NCBI GenBank assembly: GCA_044223005.1
Contig: JBGAML010000001.1
Span: forward strand, 224,001-288,000
DNA: 64,000 nt
DNA from: Candidatus Eiseniibacteriota bacterium
GTDB taxonomy: Bacteria > Eisenbacteria > RBG-16-71-46
Direction of reading: 5' to 3'
The translations under genes were made by a program, and so were the position numbers. Under the pieces are notes generated by a model that worked only from the letters and a program-made list of their open reading frames with translations, did not search any database and was not told the DNA's origin. This document shows, piece after piece, positions 47,842-55,981 of this stretch (the stretch's first letter is position 1; every line of letters begins with the position of its first letter).

Positions 47842-48918
47842 GTGGATGGCGGTAAGACATTGTCACACGAGAGGTCGCGTCACGAAGGGAGTCGCATTTT
47901 GCCCGCGCCCAGCCAGAACCTGAGTGCAATTCCGCACCCCGAGCCGGCGGCGAAGCCCGCGCCGAAGCTCGAGGTCGTGCCCAAGGGCGACGCCAAGCCC
48001 AAGGCGGCCAAGCCCGTTCCCGCTCGGCCGGCCGGGAAGAAGGGGCACGGCGACGCGGTCGCGATCGTCGTTTCGATCCTGCTGCCGCTGGCCGTGACGG
48101 CCTGGGGTTGGAGCTACTACGTCGCGCCGCGCGCGGGCCGGCTGCGCCACCCGATGCACGCGCTCCTGAAGTCCTCGGGACCCGTCGGCCTCGGCCTGGG
48201 CGTGGTCGGGCTCGCGCTCTTCATCTTCATGTGGCTGTACCCGTTCCGGAAGTCGGTGAAGTGGCTCGCATGGACCGGCCCGCTGGGCTCGTGGATGCGC
48301 GTGCACGTCGTCGCCGGCCTCGCGATCCCGGTGATCGTGGCGGTGCACGCCGGCTGGCGGTTCGAGGGGCTGATCGGCCTCGGCTACCTCTCCATGTTCG
48401 TCGTCAGTCTCTCGGGCATCGTCGGGCGCTACCTCTACGTGCACATCCCGCGCAGCCGGAACGGCCTCGAGATGACCATGGAGGACGTGGCGAACGAGCG
48501 CCGCGCGCTCGTCACCAACATCGCCGCGGCGACGGGCATGGTGCCGGCCGAGGTCGAGCGCCGGCTGGTGTCGGACACGGCCTCGTACGAAGGGCTCGAC
48601 CCGATCCGCACGCTCTGGCGCATGGTGCAGGACGACGTGTCCCGCGGCCGCACGCTCAAGGAGCTCGAGCGCGAGCTGTCCAAGCCTCGCCCCGGCCGCC
48701 AGCCGCTCGAGGGTCACGAGCTGCGTGAGACGATGCGCCTCGCCCGCCGCGAGCTCACGCTGTCGCAGCAGGTCCGCATGCTCGAAGCCACGCGCCGCGT
48801 GTTCGGCTACTGGCACGTCGCCCACCGGCCGTTCGCGATCACGGCGCTCGTCGCGGTGATCGTCCACGTGATCGTCGCCATGGTCGTCGGCGGCATCGGG
48901 TTCTCGCTGGGGCACTGA
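47842..48918 (+). CDS. Cytochrome-b/ferric-reductase-like membrane protein
   Basis: About 5-6 TM with intramembrane His (WMRVHVVAG..VAVHAG; WHVAHRP..IVHV) and SGIVGRYLY. The start is uncertain (GTG 47842 or TTG 47860). Confidence 0.7.
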   Translation: MDGGKTLSHERSRHEGSRILPAPSQNLSAIPHPEPAAKPAPKLEVVPKGDAKPKAAKPVPARPAGKKGHGDAVAIVVSILLPLAVTAWGWSYYVAPRAGRLRHPMHALLKSSGPVGLGLGVVGLALFIFMWLYPFRKSVKWLAWTGPLGSWMRVHVVAGLAIPVIVAVHAGWRFEGLIGLGYLSMFVVSLSGIVGRYLYVHIPRSRNGLEMTMEDVANERRALVTNIAAATGMVPAEVERRLVSDTASYEGLDPIRTLWRMVQDDVSRGRTLKELERELSKPRPGRQPLEGHELRETMRLARRELTLSQQVRMLEATRRVFGYWHVAHRPFAITALVAVIVHVIVAMVVGGIGFSLGH

Positions 48919-50354
48919 TGTTCAACCTGATCACCACCGTCGTGTTCGTCGCGGTCACGCTCGTGCTCGCGGCGATGCACGCGAAGAAGACCAGCAAGGG
49001 CGCGCCCGCCGCGACCAAGAAGTGCCCGCGTTGCGGCACGAAGCTCGCCGACAGCGCGGCGCACTGCACCGGCTGCAAGGCGCCGCTGCAGGCGTTCGAG
49101 CTCGTCACGGCCAAGGTCGTGTCCGGCGAGAAGAAGGCCGACACGGGGCCGCTGCACGCAATCGTGCGCGCCGACGTGTGCGTCGGCTGCGGTACCTGCG
49201 TTCCCGCATGTCCCGAGCCGGGCGCGATCCAGCTGGTCAACAAGGTCGCCAAGGTGAACCTCGACCTCTGCAAGGGCCACGGCCTCTGCGCGGCGGCCTG
49301 TCCCGTGGGCGGCATCATCATCACCGCCGGCGCGGCCGTGCAGGAGGTGGAGACGCCGGACCTCACGCCCAACTTCGAATCGACCTCGCTGCCGGGCGTC
49401 TACGTGGTCGGCGAGCTCGGCGGCCGCGGCCTGATCAAGAACGCGATCAACGAAGGCCGCCTCGCGATGGAACACGTCGCGCAGACGCTCGCCGACGATC
49501 CGTTCCGAGGCAACACCGAGGGTGGCGTTCACGATGTCGCCGTGGTCGGCGCCGGGCCCGCGGGGCTCTCGGCCGGGCTCGAAGCGATGCACCAGGGCCT
49601 GCGCTACGTGCTGCTGGAGCAGGGCACGCTCGCGGACACGATCTCCAAGTACCCGCGCAACAAGCTGCTCTTCGCCGAACCGCTGCACGTGCCGCTCTAC
49701 GGCAACATGTGGGTCGCCGACGCCTCCAAGGAGGCGCTGCTCGCCTGCTGGCAGAACGTGATCGACAAGACCGGCCTGCGCATCCAGGCGCACACCCGCA
49801 TCGAATCGATCGAACGGCAGGAAGGCGTCTACCGCCTCGTCGCGGGCGAGCGCGTCTTCCGCGCCCGCCGGGTCGTGCTCGCGATGGGCCGCCGCGGGAC
49901 GCCGCGCCGGCTCGGCGTGCCGGGCGAGGAGATGGACAAGGTCCTCTACGACATCATCGAGATGGAAGCCTTCGCGGGCGAGCGCATGCTCGTGGTCGGC
50001 GGCGGCGACAGCGCGATCGAATCGGCGCTCGGCCTCGCGAACCAGAAGGGCACCACGGTGACGCTCTCCTACCGCGGCAGCGAGTTCGGCCGCGCCAAGG
50101 ACCGCAATCGCGAAAAGCTGGACGCGGCGATTGCGGCCAAGCGCGTCGAGCTCCTGCTCGAGAGCCAGGTGAAGGAAATCCGCCGCGACGTCGTCCTGCT
50201 CGAGCACCAGGGCACCATCCGGCTCCTGCCGAACGACACGGTCGTCGTGCGCGTGGGCGGCGAGGCTCCGTATCCGTTCCTGCAGCGGATCGGGATCAAG
50301 ATCGTGAAGAAGGAACTGGCGATCGACATGGAAGCCTCGGAGAAGAGCGGATGA
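48918..50354 (+). CDS. Membrane-anchored zinc-ribbon + 2x Fe-S ferredoxin + FAD/NAD(P)-binding oxidoreductase (TrxR/FNR-like)
   Basis: N-terminal TM, CPRC..CTGC, CVGCGTCVPACP, CKGHGLCAAACP, VVGAGPAG, LAMGRRG and VVGGGDSAIE; TGATG overlap. Confidence 0.88.
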   Translation: MFNLITTVVFVAVTLVLAAMHAKKTSKGAPAATKKCPRCGTKLADSAAHCTGCKAPLQAFELVTAKVVSGEKKADTGPLHAIVRADVCVGCGTCVPACPEPGAIQLVNKVAKVNLDLCKGHGLCAAACPVGGIIITAGAAVQEVETPDLTPNFESTSLPGVYVVGELGGRGLIKNAINEGRLAMEHVAQTLADDPFRGNTEGGVHDVAVVGAGPAGLSAGLEAMHQGLRYVLLEQGTLADTISKYPRNKLLFAEPLHVPLYGNMWVADASKEALLACWQNVIDKTGLRIQAHTRIESIERQEGVYRLVAGERVFRARRVVLAMGRRGTPRRLGVPGEEMDKVLYDIIEMEAFAGERMLVVGGGDSAIESALGLANQKGTTVTLSYRGSEFGRAKDRNREKLDAAIAAKRVELLLESQVKEIRRDVVLLEHQGTIRLLPNDTVVVRVGGEAPYPFLQRIGIKIVKKELAIDMEASEKSG

Positions 50355-52228
50355 ACGGCGCGCGCGCCATCGCACGATCGTTCTCGGCCGCGTTGCTCGC
50401 CCTGTTCGTGGCGTGCGGCACCGCCGGGGCGCAGGTGTCGCCGGGTCCGCTGGCGGCGCCGCACGCGTCGATCGATGGCCCGACGCAGTGCCTGCAGTGC
50501 CACGCCGCCGGCGCGTCCCGCAAGGGCATGGACGAGCGCTGCCTCGCGTGCCACACGGACATCGCGTGGATGAAGGCGCGCAACCGCGGCACGCACGCGC
50601 GCTTCGGCCCCAAGGATTGCGCGAGCTGCCACCCGGATCACGGTGGGCGCGATTTCCAGATGATCGTGTGGGATTCGGGCACGCCCGAGAAGTTCGATCA
50701 CCGCAAGACCGGCTACGTCCTCGAGAACAAGCACGCCGGGCTCGAGTGCAAGAAGTGCCATGCGCCCGCGAACCAGAAGTCGGGGGCGGCGCCGCTCATC
50801 AAGAAGAAGAACAAGGCCGCCAGCTGGCTCGGGCTCGAGCAGGCGTGCGCGAGCTGTCACGCGGACCCGCACCACGGCCAGCTGGGCACCGACTGCGCCA
50901 AGTGCCACACGACCGCCGACTGGAAGAAGGCCGCGACCGCCTTCGACCACGCGCGCACGACGTTCCCGCTCACCGGCGAGCACGCGAAGGTCGCGTGCGC
51001 GAAGTGCCACGAGAGCCCGGCGGTGGCGAAGGAACGCGACCCCAAGGGCGAAGTGGTCCCGGTGTGGAAGCCGCTGCCGCACGGCGACTGCGTCGCGTGC
51101 CACAAGGACCCGCACGCGGGACGGTTCCCCGGCGCGTGCTCCAAGTGTCACGTCACGACGGGCTGGAAGCTGATCGGCGGGCGCACGTTCAACCACGACC
51201 TCACGCGCTACCCGCTGCGCGGCAAGCACGTCTCGGTGAGCTGCAACAGCTGCCACGACCCGCGGCGCGGCGGCGAGAAGCCCAAGTTCGCGCGCTGCCT
51301 CGACTGCCACCAGGACGCGCACGCGGGCAAGGCGGCGCGACTGGGCCAGGTGGTCGACTGCGCGTCGTGCCACACGGTGGACGGCTTCGACCGCAGCAGC
51401 TACACGGTCACCGACCACGCCGGATCCAAGTACCCGCTGCAAGGCGACCACGCGCGCACGGACTGCGCGAAGTGCCACCGGAAGCTGACCGACACGCCGG
51501 CGAACCGCACGGCGTGGGGAACGTCCCGCGTCGTGATGCGGCCCGAGTTCACCCGCTGTGCGGCGTGTCACTTCGACCCGCACCTCGGGCGCTTCGAACC
51601 CGCCGGCGCGCGGCCGCACAAGGACGGCTGCATCACCTGCCACACGATGTCGTCGTTCCAGCCCTCCAAGTACGACGGCGTCATGCACGCGGACTGCGTC
51701 TTCCCGCTGCACGGCGCGCACATGGCGATTCCCTGCCAGCGCTGCCACGAGGAACTCAAGGCGCCGGCGACGAACTTCAGCCTGCCCGCGGACTCCACGA
51801 AGATCCGGCCGCTGCACTTCGACAACCCGCGCCGCCGCTGCGTGGACTGCCACGAGAACCCGCACGGGGCCCAGTTCGGCTGGCGCAAGGACAAGGGCAC
51901 CTGCGATGGCTGCCACGACGACAACGCGTTCGTGCCGGCGCCCAAGTTCGTGCACAACCGCGACTCGCGCTACAAGCTCGACGGCGCGCACGCGAAGGCG
52001 CCCTGCGCGTCGTGCCACGTGCCGCACCGCGACGCCGCGGGCCGGCTCGTCGTGACGTACCGCCCGACGCCGAGCAAGTGCGAGAACTGCCACACCGGCG
52101 GCGCTCGCGACTCGTCGCTCACATCGCCGGCGCGCTCCGGCCGCTCGTCCTCCGCCCTGCCGCCGTCGGCGCGGGAGCGGCTCGCCGTACTGGGAACCCG
52201 GGAGGCCGAACATGGCCCGTCCCACTGA
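50351..52228 (+). CDS. Multiheme cytochrome c (20 CxxCH motifs)
   Basis: Signal peptide; 20 CxxCH counted by hand; repeated H...(F/Y)PL.G.H...C..CH units; ATGA overlap. Confidence 0.95.
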   Translation: MNGARAIARSFSAALLALFVACGTAGAQVSPGPLAAPHASIDGPTQCLQCHAAGASRKGMDERCLACHTDIAWMKARNRGTHARFGPKDCASCHPDHGGRDFQMIVWDSGTPEKFDHRKTGYVLENKHAGLECKKCHAPANQKSGAAPLIKKKNKAASWLGLEQACASCHADPHHGQLGTDCAKCHTTADWKKAATAFDHARTTFPLTGEHAKVACAKCHESPAVAKERDPKGEVVPVWKPLPHGDCVACHKDPHAGRFPGACSKCHVTTGWKLIGGRTFNHDLTRYPLRGKHVSVSCNSCHDPRRGGEKPKFARCLDCHQDAHAGKAARLGQVVDCASCHTVDGFDRSSYTVTDHAGSKYPLQGDHARTDCAKCHRKLTDTPANRTAWGTSRVVMRPEFTRCAACHFDPHLGRFEPAGARPHKDGCITCHTMSSFQPSKYDGVMHADCVFPLHGAHMAIPCQRCHEELKAPATNFSLPADSTKIRPLHFDNPRRRCVDCHENPHGAQFGWRKDKGTCDGCHDDNAFVPAPKFVHNRDSRYKLDGAHAKAPCASCHVPHRDAAGRLVVTYRPTPSKCENCHTGGARDSSLTSPARSGRSSSALPPSARERLAVLGTREAEHGPSH

Positions 52229-52319
52229 CCCCACCCTTCGCCCCGCGCCCGAACGGGTGCGGCCCGCCTCCCGTGCGGGTGAGCGTCCTCACGATCGTCT
52301 CGTCAACGGAGCGCACTCC

Positions 52320-53945
52320 ATGCCTCGCACCTCGCGCCGACTTCTCGCCTCCGCACTCTGCCTCGTCGGCATGTTCGCCGTCTCGGCGCATGCGGCGCCC
52401 GCTCCCGCGTCCGGAACGCCGGCCGCCCGGAACTCGGCCACCGTCCGGCCGTCCTCGGCGACGACGAAGCTTTCGTACCTCGCGGGCGGCAGCGCCTACG
52501 TGGACGTCGGCACCGCCGACGGCCTGCTCCCCGGTGACACGCTGACGGTTCTGCGCAATGGCGGCGCCATCGCGGGACTGCGGGTCGCGTTCGCGTCCAC
52601 GAAGCGGGCCGCGTGCGACACCGTGTGGACGCGCGGCGCGATCGCGATCGGCGACGACGTGCGCTACGCGCCGCATCCGGCGCCGGCGCCGCCCGCGCCG
52701 GTCGTCGTGGATTCGACGAAGCACGCAGCCGCGCGCAAGCCGGCCGGACAGCGCGCGCGCCTGCGCGGCCGCATCGGCGGCCACTGGCTGTCGGTGTCGA
52801 CCGCGAACGGCATGTTCAAGGAGCCCGGCGTCGACTTGCGCCTGGACGGCTACGACCAGGCCAGCGGCCACGTCGATCTCTCGCTCGACCTGCGCAGCCG
52901 CCGCTCGTCGCGGAGCTTCAGCGGGCTGCCGGTCGAAGTCGACGAGCTCGCCCGCGTCTATCGTGCGTCGATGACGGTGCGCTCGCGGAACTCGCACCAC
53001 CAGCTCACGGTGGGCCGGCAGATCTCGCCGACGCTCGCTTCGATCAGCCTCTTCGACGGCGTGCTCATGCAGACGGGCAACGACCGGCACTCGTTCGGCG
53101 CATTCAGCGGCACCCAGCCCGACCCGGTGCGCTATTCGTTCTCGGGCGACATCCTCGAGAGCGGCCTGTTCGCCGAGTGGCACCAGGCGCCGGCGGCGGT
53201 GCGGCGCTGGCAGGTCACGCTCGGCGGCGTCACGTCGCAGCAGGCCGGCCAGACGAACCGCGACTTCCTCTTCACGCAGGCCAATTGGGTCTCGCGCGCC
53301 GTCATGACGTCGTTCGCGCAGGAGATCGACTACAACCGTGGCTGGAAGCGCGCCCTGGGCGAACCGATGCTCTCGCCGACGAGTACGTTCGCGATGACCC
53401 GCATCCTCGCGACCCCGTGGCTCGCGTTCACGAGCGGCTACGACAACCGCCGCAGCGTGCGGCTCTATCGCGACCGCCTGACGCCCGAAACGCAGTTCGA
53501 CGACGCCTATCGCCAGGGCACGTGGGTCGGCAGCGACCTGGAACTCCTGCAGCGGATCCGGCTCTCCGGCGAGCTGCGCGGAACCGCGGCCGCCGATCAC
53601 TCGCACGCGTGGTCGACCAACGCCGAGATCAACCGGCTCTCGCGCATGCACGTGGCGCTGCGCGGCCGCATGTCGCGCTACCAGGGCCAGACCGTGCTCA
53701 GCCGGCTCGCCTCCGGCAGCGTCGGCCTCGACCCGATCCCGCTCTCGCACCTCGAGCTCTCCGGTGGCGTGCGCCGCACGCTCGTGCAGCCCTCCACGCA
53801 CGAGGACTCCGAGCGCTGGCAGAGCATCGACCTCGATCTTTCGCTGGGCCGCCGCTGGTACCTGAACGGCGGGCTGGAACGCGATTACGGTGGTGTCGCG
53901 GGCGAGACGCGCCAGGCGCAGGGCGGCGTCAGCTGGAGATTCTGA
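52320..53945 (+). CDS. Putative outer-membrane beta-barrel (porin partner of the cytochrome)
   Basis: Signal peptide, small N-terminal domain (AYVDVGTADGLLPGD.L.V), Pro linker, many amphipathic strands and terminal GGVSWRF. Confidence 0.72.
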   Translation: MPRTSRRLLASALCLVGMFAVSAHAAPAPASGTPAARNSATVRPSSATTKLSYLAGGSAYVDVGTADGLLPGDTLTVLRNGGAIAGLRVAFASTKRAACDTVWTRGAIAIGDDVRYAPHPAPAPPAPVVVDSTKHAAARKPAGQRARLRGRIGGHWLSVSTANGMFKEPGVDLRLDGYDQASGHVDLSLDLRSRRSSRSFSGLPVEVDELARVYRASMTVRSRNSHHQLTVGRQISPTLASISLFDGVLMQTGNDRHSFGAFSGTQPDPVRYSFSGDILESGLFAEWHQAPAAVRRWQVTLGGVTSQQAGQTNRDFLFTQANWVSRAVMTSFAQEIDYNRGWKRALGEPMLSPTSTFAMTRILATPWLAFTSGYDNRRSVRLYRDRLTPETQFDDAYRQGTWVGSDLELLQRIRLSGELRGTAAADHSHAWSTNAEINRLSRMHVALRGRMSRYQGQTVLSRLASGSVGLDPIPLSHLELSGGVRRTLVQPSTHEDSERWQSIDLDLSLGRRWYLNGGLERDYGGVAGETRQAQGGVSWRF

Positions 53946-54022
53946 GCCCGGAGGCGGAGGATGTCCTCCGCAGGTGGTGATCGCCACCCGCGGCGGAATC
54001 GGGCTCCCGAAAGGACGTGGAC

Positions 54023-54667
54023 ATGCGCGGACGGACGGGTCGTTGGGGGACGCTGCTCGCGTGGATCGCGCTGCCGATGCTGCTCGGCGCCGCGGACCCG
54101 GCGCGTGACGCGCAGCCGCCGACGCCGCCGCGTTTCGTGCTCCCGGAGAAGGGCGTGCTCTTCTCGGACGATTTCTCGCACGGCCTCGGCGCGTGGAAGA
54201 CGGACCAGCCGGACGCGTGGACCATTCGCGACGGCATGCTCCGCGCCGACCTGCCCGACCAGAAGCAGCTGCGCTCGCTGCTGCGCGCCGGCGACCCGGC
54301 GTGGCAGGACTACGCGCTCGACTTCGACGTCTGCGCGATGCGCGGCGTCGACAAGGGTGCGGTCGTCCGCGCGCAGGAGAACACCGGCGTCGGCATCGAC
54401 CTCCGCGGCGGGACGTACCAGGACGTGGTCGCCTACGTGCGTGAGTGGCCGCTCGGCAAGGCCGCCGCGAACAACGCCACGGGAACATGGAATCACGTGC
54501 GCGTCGAGGTCACAGGAACGCGCTTGCGCGTGTTCGTGAACGGCGACCTGCGGATCGAACGCCCCGTCGCCGGTGACGCGCACGGCGCCATCGCGCTGGC
54601 GGCCTACACGGGCGGCGCGGGCCAGTGCACGGTTTACTACGACAACGTGGTGGTGACCGCGCTGTAG
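54023..54667 (+). CDS. Secreted DUF1080/concanavalin-like beta-sandwich protein
   Basis: LFSDDFS, WTIRDG.L, W.DYALDFD, WNHVRVEVTG.RLRVFVNG, GAIAL and YDNVVV. GTG at 54017 is an alternative start. Confidence 0.72.
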   Translation: MRGRTGRWGTLLAWIALPMLLGAADPARDAQPPTPPRFVLPEKGVLFSDDFSHGLGAWKTDQPDAWTIRDGMLRADLPDQKQLRSLLRAGDPAWQDYALDFDVCAMRGVDKGAVVRAQENTGVGIDLRGGTYQDVVAYVREWPLGKAAANNATGTWNHVRVEVTGTRLRVFVNGDLRIERPVAGDAHGAIALAAYTGGAGQCTVYYDNVVVTAL

Positions 54668-54713
54668 CGAAGACCAGGCGCCATCCCGCCCGCGATCCCC
54701 GAGCGTTCGGCGC

Positions 54714-55937
54714 TCACCGCGGCCGTACGCGAGCGATCAGCCGCGCATGCGGGTGATAGGCCTGCCTCCGATCACGACAGTCCCAGTCCATGGCGATCTC
54801 CACGTATTCCCCTGACATGGGAAGCGTGATGGTCATCGTGTCGGACAACGAGGCTCCCGGCGGGATCTCCCGGTCGCCATAGCTCCGGGCTGCGAGCTGC
54901 TGCCACGCACTCGACCGCATGGGCCCGCCTTCGACCATCTTCAATTGAGAAGCCGTCACTCTCAGGCGGGCGAGTCGAATCGGATATCCATTCCCAGGCG
55001 TCTGCCGGTTGGCAAAGCGGATGGAAAGGCGCTTGAGCTCTCGCGCCTCGAGCGCACCTTCATATTCCAGGTCCAGCACGAGATCACCGTGTCCACCCAA
55101 CCCCTGCACGCGGCGCAGGACTCGCGGCGAATCCGACGAAACGTACTGGTGAGAGCCGAACGACAGCGTGTCCCCCGCGCTGGCGACCCCCCAACTCTCG
55201 ACCCGGGCGCCGTTCGAGGCTCCGCCACGCTCGTCACAGCCGGGAGAGTTCGGCTCGAGGACCATCTGGCCCCGGTCGATCGAGAATCGCCCGGTCTGCG
55301 CGCAGGCACCATCACGGAACTCCATGCGGTACTCGAGCAGGGAGTCGAAGTGAAGCACCTGCGGCGTCATGAACATGTCGAAATCGTCCGTCCGGACCCA
55401 ATCGTGCAGGCAGAGGTCCGCCAGCAGGCGGGGCGCCGGCACCACGGGCATTTGGTCTCTCGAACGCCCATCGGCGCCCTTCACCGTGCTCGGCCTCGCG
55501 CACGCATGGTACTCGCGCCCCCCGAACTGAAGCCGATCACCCTTTCGCTCGAAACGGATCACCGAGTGCCCCGCGAGGAAGATCACTCCCGCCGAGTCCT
55601 CGCGAAGACTGAAGTTCCAACTCCCACCGCGGTCGTACTCGAGGTAGTCGGAGAACGCCCAGTCGCGAAACTCGCCGCTCGGGAGGAACCGCAGTTTCGG
55701 GCAACTCTCCGGCATGCCGTAGAAGCTCGCTCCGCAGCCCGAACCACACCAGTCGGTTCGGGTCAGGAACTCGAACATCGACGTCTCCCGCGTCGCGCGC
55801 CCCGGGTCGCGCGCGTCCGAGCCGCCCCGAGCTTGAACAGGAGGCGCGGCGGTCTGGGCCGAGGTTTCCCGCGGCCCGCTCCATGGGCCGAGCAGGACGA
55901 GTGCCGAAGCGAGTCGCGCGAGTCGACGGAAGTTCAT
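54714..55937 (-). CDS. Hypothetical secreted protein with atypical codon usage
   Basis: Signal-like N-terminus MNFRRLARLASALVLL; fills the gap downstream of the ATPase; many A/T-ending codons. Confidence 0.6.
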   Translation of the reverse strand: MNFRRLARLASALVLLGPWSGPRETSAQTAAPPVQARGGSDARDPGRATRETSMFEFLTRTDWCGSGCGASFYGMPESCPKLRFLPSGEFRDWAFSDYLEYDRGGSWNFSLREDSAGVIFLAGHSVIRFERKGDRLQFGGREYHACARPSTVKGADGRSRDQMPVVPAPRLLADLCLHDWVRTDDFDMFMTPQVLHFDSLLEYRMEFRDGACAQTGRFSIDRGQMVLEPNSPGCDERGGASNGARVESWGVASAGDTLSFGSHQYVSSDSPRVLRRVQGLGGHGDLVLDLEYEGALEARELKRLSIRFANRQTPGNGYPIRLARLRVTASQLKMVEGGPMRSSAWQQLAARSYGDREIPPGASLSDTMTITLPMSGEYVEIAMDWDCRDRRQAYHPHARLIARVRPR

Positions 55938-55981
55938 CACGTGCCTCGCCTTTCCCGGGTGAATCCGCGACCGAACTCCGA

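Noticed and set aside
54023..54667. DUF1080-like gene as a fifth member of the electron-transfer operon
   Set aside because: It is co-oriented and close, but has no heme or redox motif, and nothing in the sequence links it functionally.
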